Origin: the human T2T-CHM13v2.0 reference genome, Homo sapiens
Strand: one strand, 5' to 3'
Length of the DNA stretch: 64,000 bases
NCBI RefSeq assembly: GCF_009914755.1
Contig: NC_060931.1
Shown: piece after piece, positions 62,835 through 64,000 of the stretch
Position numbering within the stretch: the stretch's first letter is position 1
Layout: the number at the start of each line of letters is the position of its first letter
Notes under the pieces: generated by a model
Database searches by the model: none
Told to the model about the DNA's origin: nothing
What the model saw: the letters and a program-made list of their open reading frames with translations, nothing else
Program-made: the position numbers and the translations under genes

Positions 62835-64000
62835 TTCTATTCATCATAGTACTGGAAGTCCTAGCCAGAACAATTAGGCAAGAAAAGAAATAAAAGGCAT
62901 CCAAATTGGAAAGGAAGAAGTAAAATTATCTCTGTTCACAGATGACATAATCTTAGATATAGCAAACCTTATAGATTCCACACCAAAAAAAAACTGTAAA
63001 AATAAACGAATTTAGCGAAGTTGTAGGATACAAAATCAACACACAACAATCAGTTGCATTTCAGTACACTAACAGTGAACAATCCAAAGAGGAAATTAAG
63101 AAAATAATCCCATTTACAATTTTAGCATCAAAAAGAGTAAGACACTTAAGAATAAACTTAGAGAAAATAAAGAGGCAAAAGACATGTATTCTGAACACTA
63201 CAAAGTATGGCTGAAAGAAATTAAAGACAACACAAATAAATGGAAGATATCCCATGATTTTGAATTGAAAGGCTTAATATTGTTAAGATGTCAATACTAC
63301 CCAAATTGATCTACAGATTTAATGCAATCCCTATTGAAATCCCAACAGCATTTTGTGTGTGCATGCAGAAACAGAAAAACGCATCCTAAAATTCATATGG
63401 AATCTCAAGGGACCCCAAACAGCCAAAACAAAAGATGCAAGTTTCACACCTGCTGGCTTCAAAACATATTACAAAGCTACAATAATAAAAATTGTCTGGT
63501 ACTGGCATAAAGACAGACATACAGATCAGTGGAATAGAGAGCCCAGATATAAACCTTTACGTGTAAGGTCAAATGATTTTTGACAATGGTGCCAACACAA
63601 TTCAACAGGAAAAGGACAGTGTTTTCAACAAATGGTGGTGGGAAAACTGGATATCCATATGCCAAACAATAAAATGGTACCATTACCTTAGCTATACGCA
63701 AAATTTAACTCAAAATGGATCAAAGACCTAAACATAAGAGCTAAAGCTATAAAACTCTTAGAAGAAGCATAAAGGAAAAATTTCATGGCATTGAATCTGG
63801 CAATTTCTCACATATTGACACCAAATCACAGGCAAAAAAAGTTAAAAATAAACTGAACTACATCAAAACGTAAAATTTCCATGTAAATACCACAATTCAC
63901 AGAGTGAAAAGGCAACCTACAGAATGGGAGAAAATATTTGCAAATAATATTTCTAATAAAGGGTTAGAATATATAAAGAAATCCTACAATTAAGAAACAA
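62835..64000 (+). mobile_element. L1M (L1MA/MB-like) ORF2 C-terminal fragment, running off the window end
   Basis: [16 protein letters not shown] (degraded FADD), [23 protein letters not shown]; multiple frameshifts. Confidence 0.88.

Overview
Primate (very likely human) intronic DNA from the middle of COG5 (conserved oligomeric Golgi complex subunit 5), transcribed on the minus strand. Only two coding exons are present, 42538-42668 (131 nt) and 2634-2799 (166 nt), separated by a 39,738-bp intron. The rest is intron filled with transposable elements: an internally deleted HERV-K(HML-5)/LTR22 provirus with both LTRs, a tRNA-Met PBS and a 6-bp TSD (16069-21381); a doubly truncated L1PA fused to a MER61-type ERV1 remnant (~7775-14680); about 20 Alu/FLAM/FAM copies; MaLR LTRs; DNA transposons; and old L1/L2/MIR. 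I see no new gene system. The most striking unexplained structure is at 47904-53340: two ~960-bp, ~99% identical inverted arms around a ~3.35-kb spacer, a ~100-bp inverted templated insertion with microhomology junctions, and an old L1 split into opposite orientations. This fits an inversion plus duplication made by replication template switching. Repeat subfamily names come from recalled consensus sequences and old-repeat boundaries are approximate; no alignment or database search was run.
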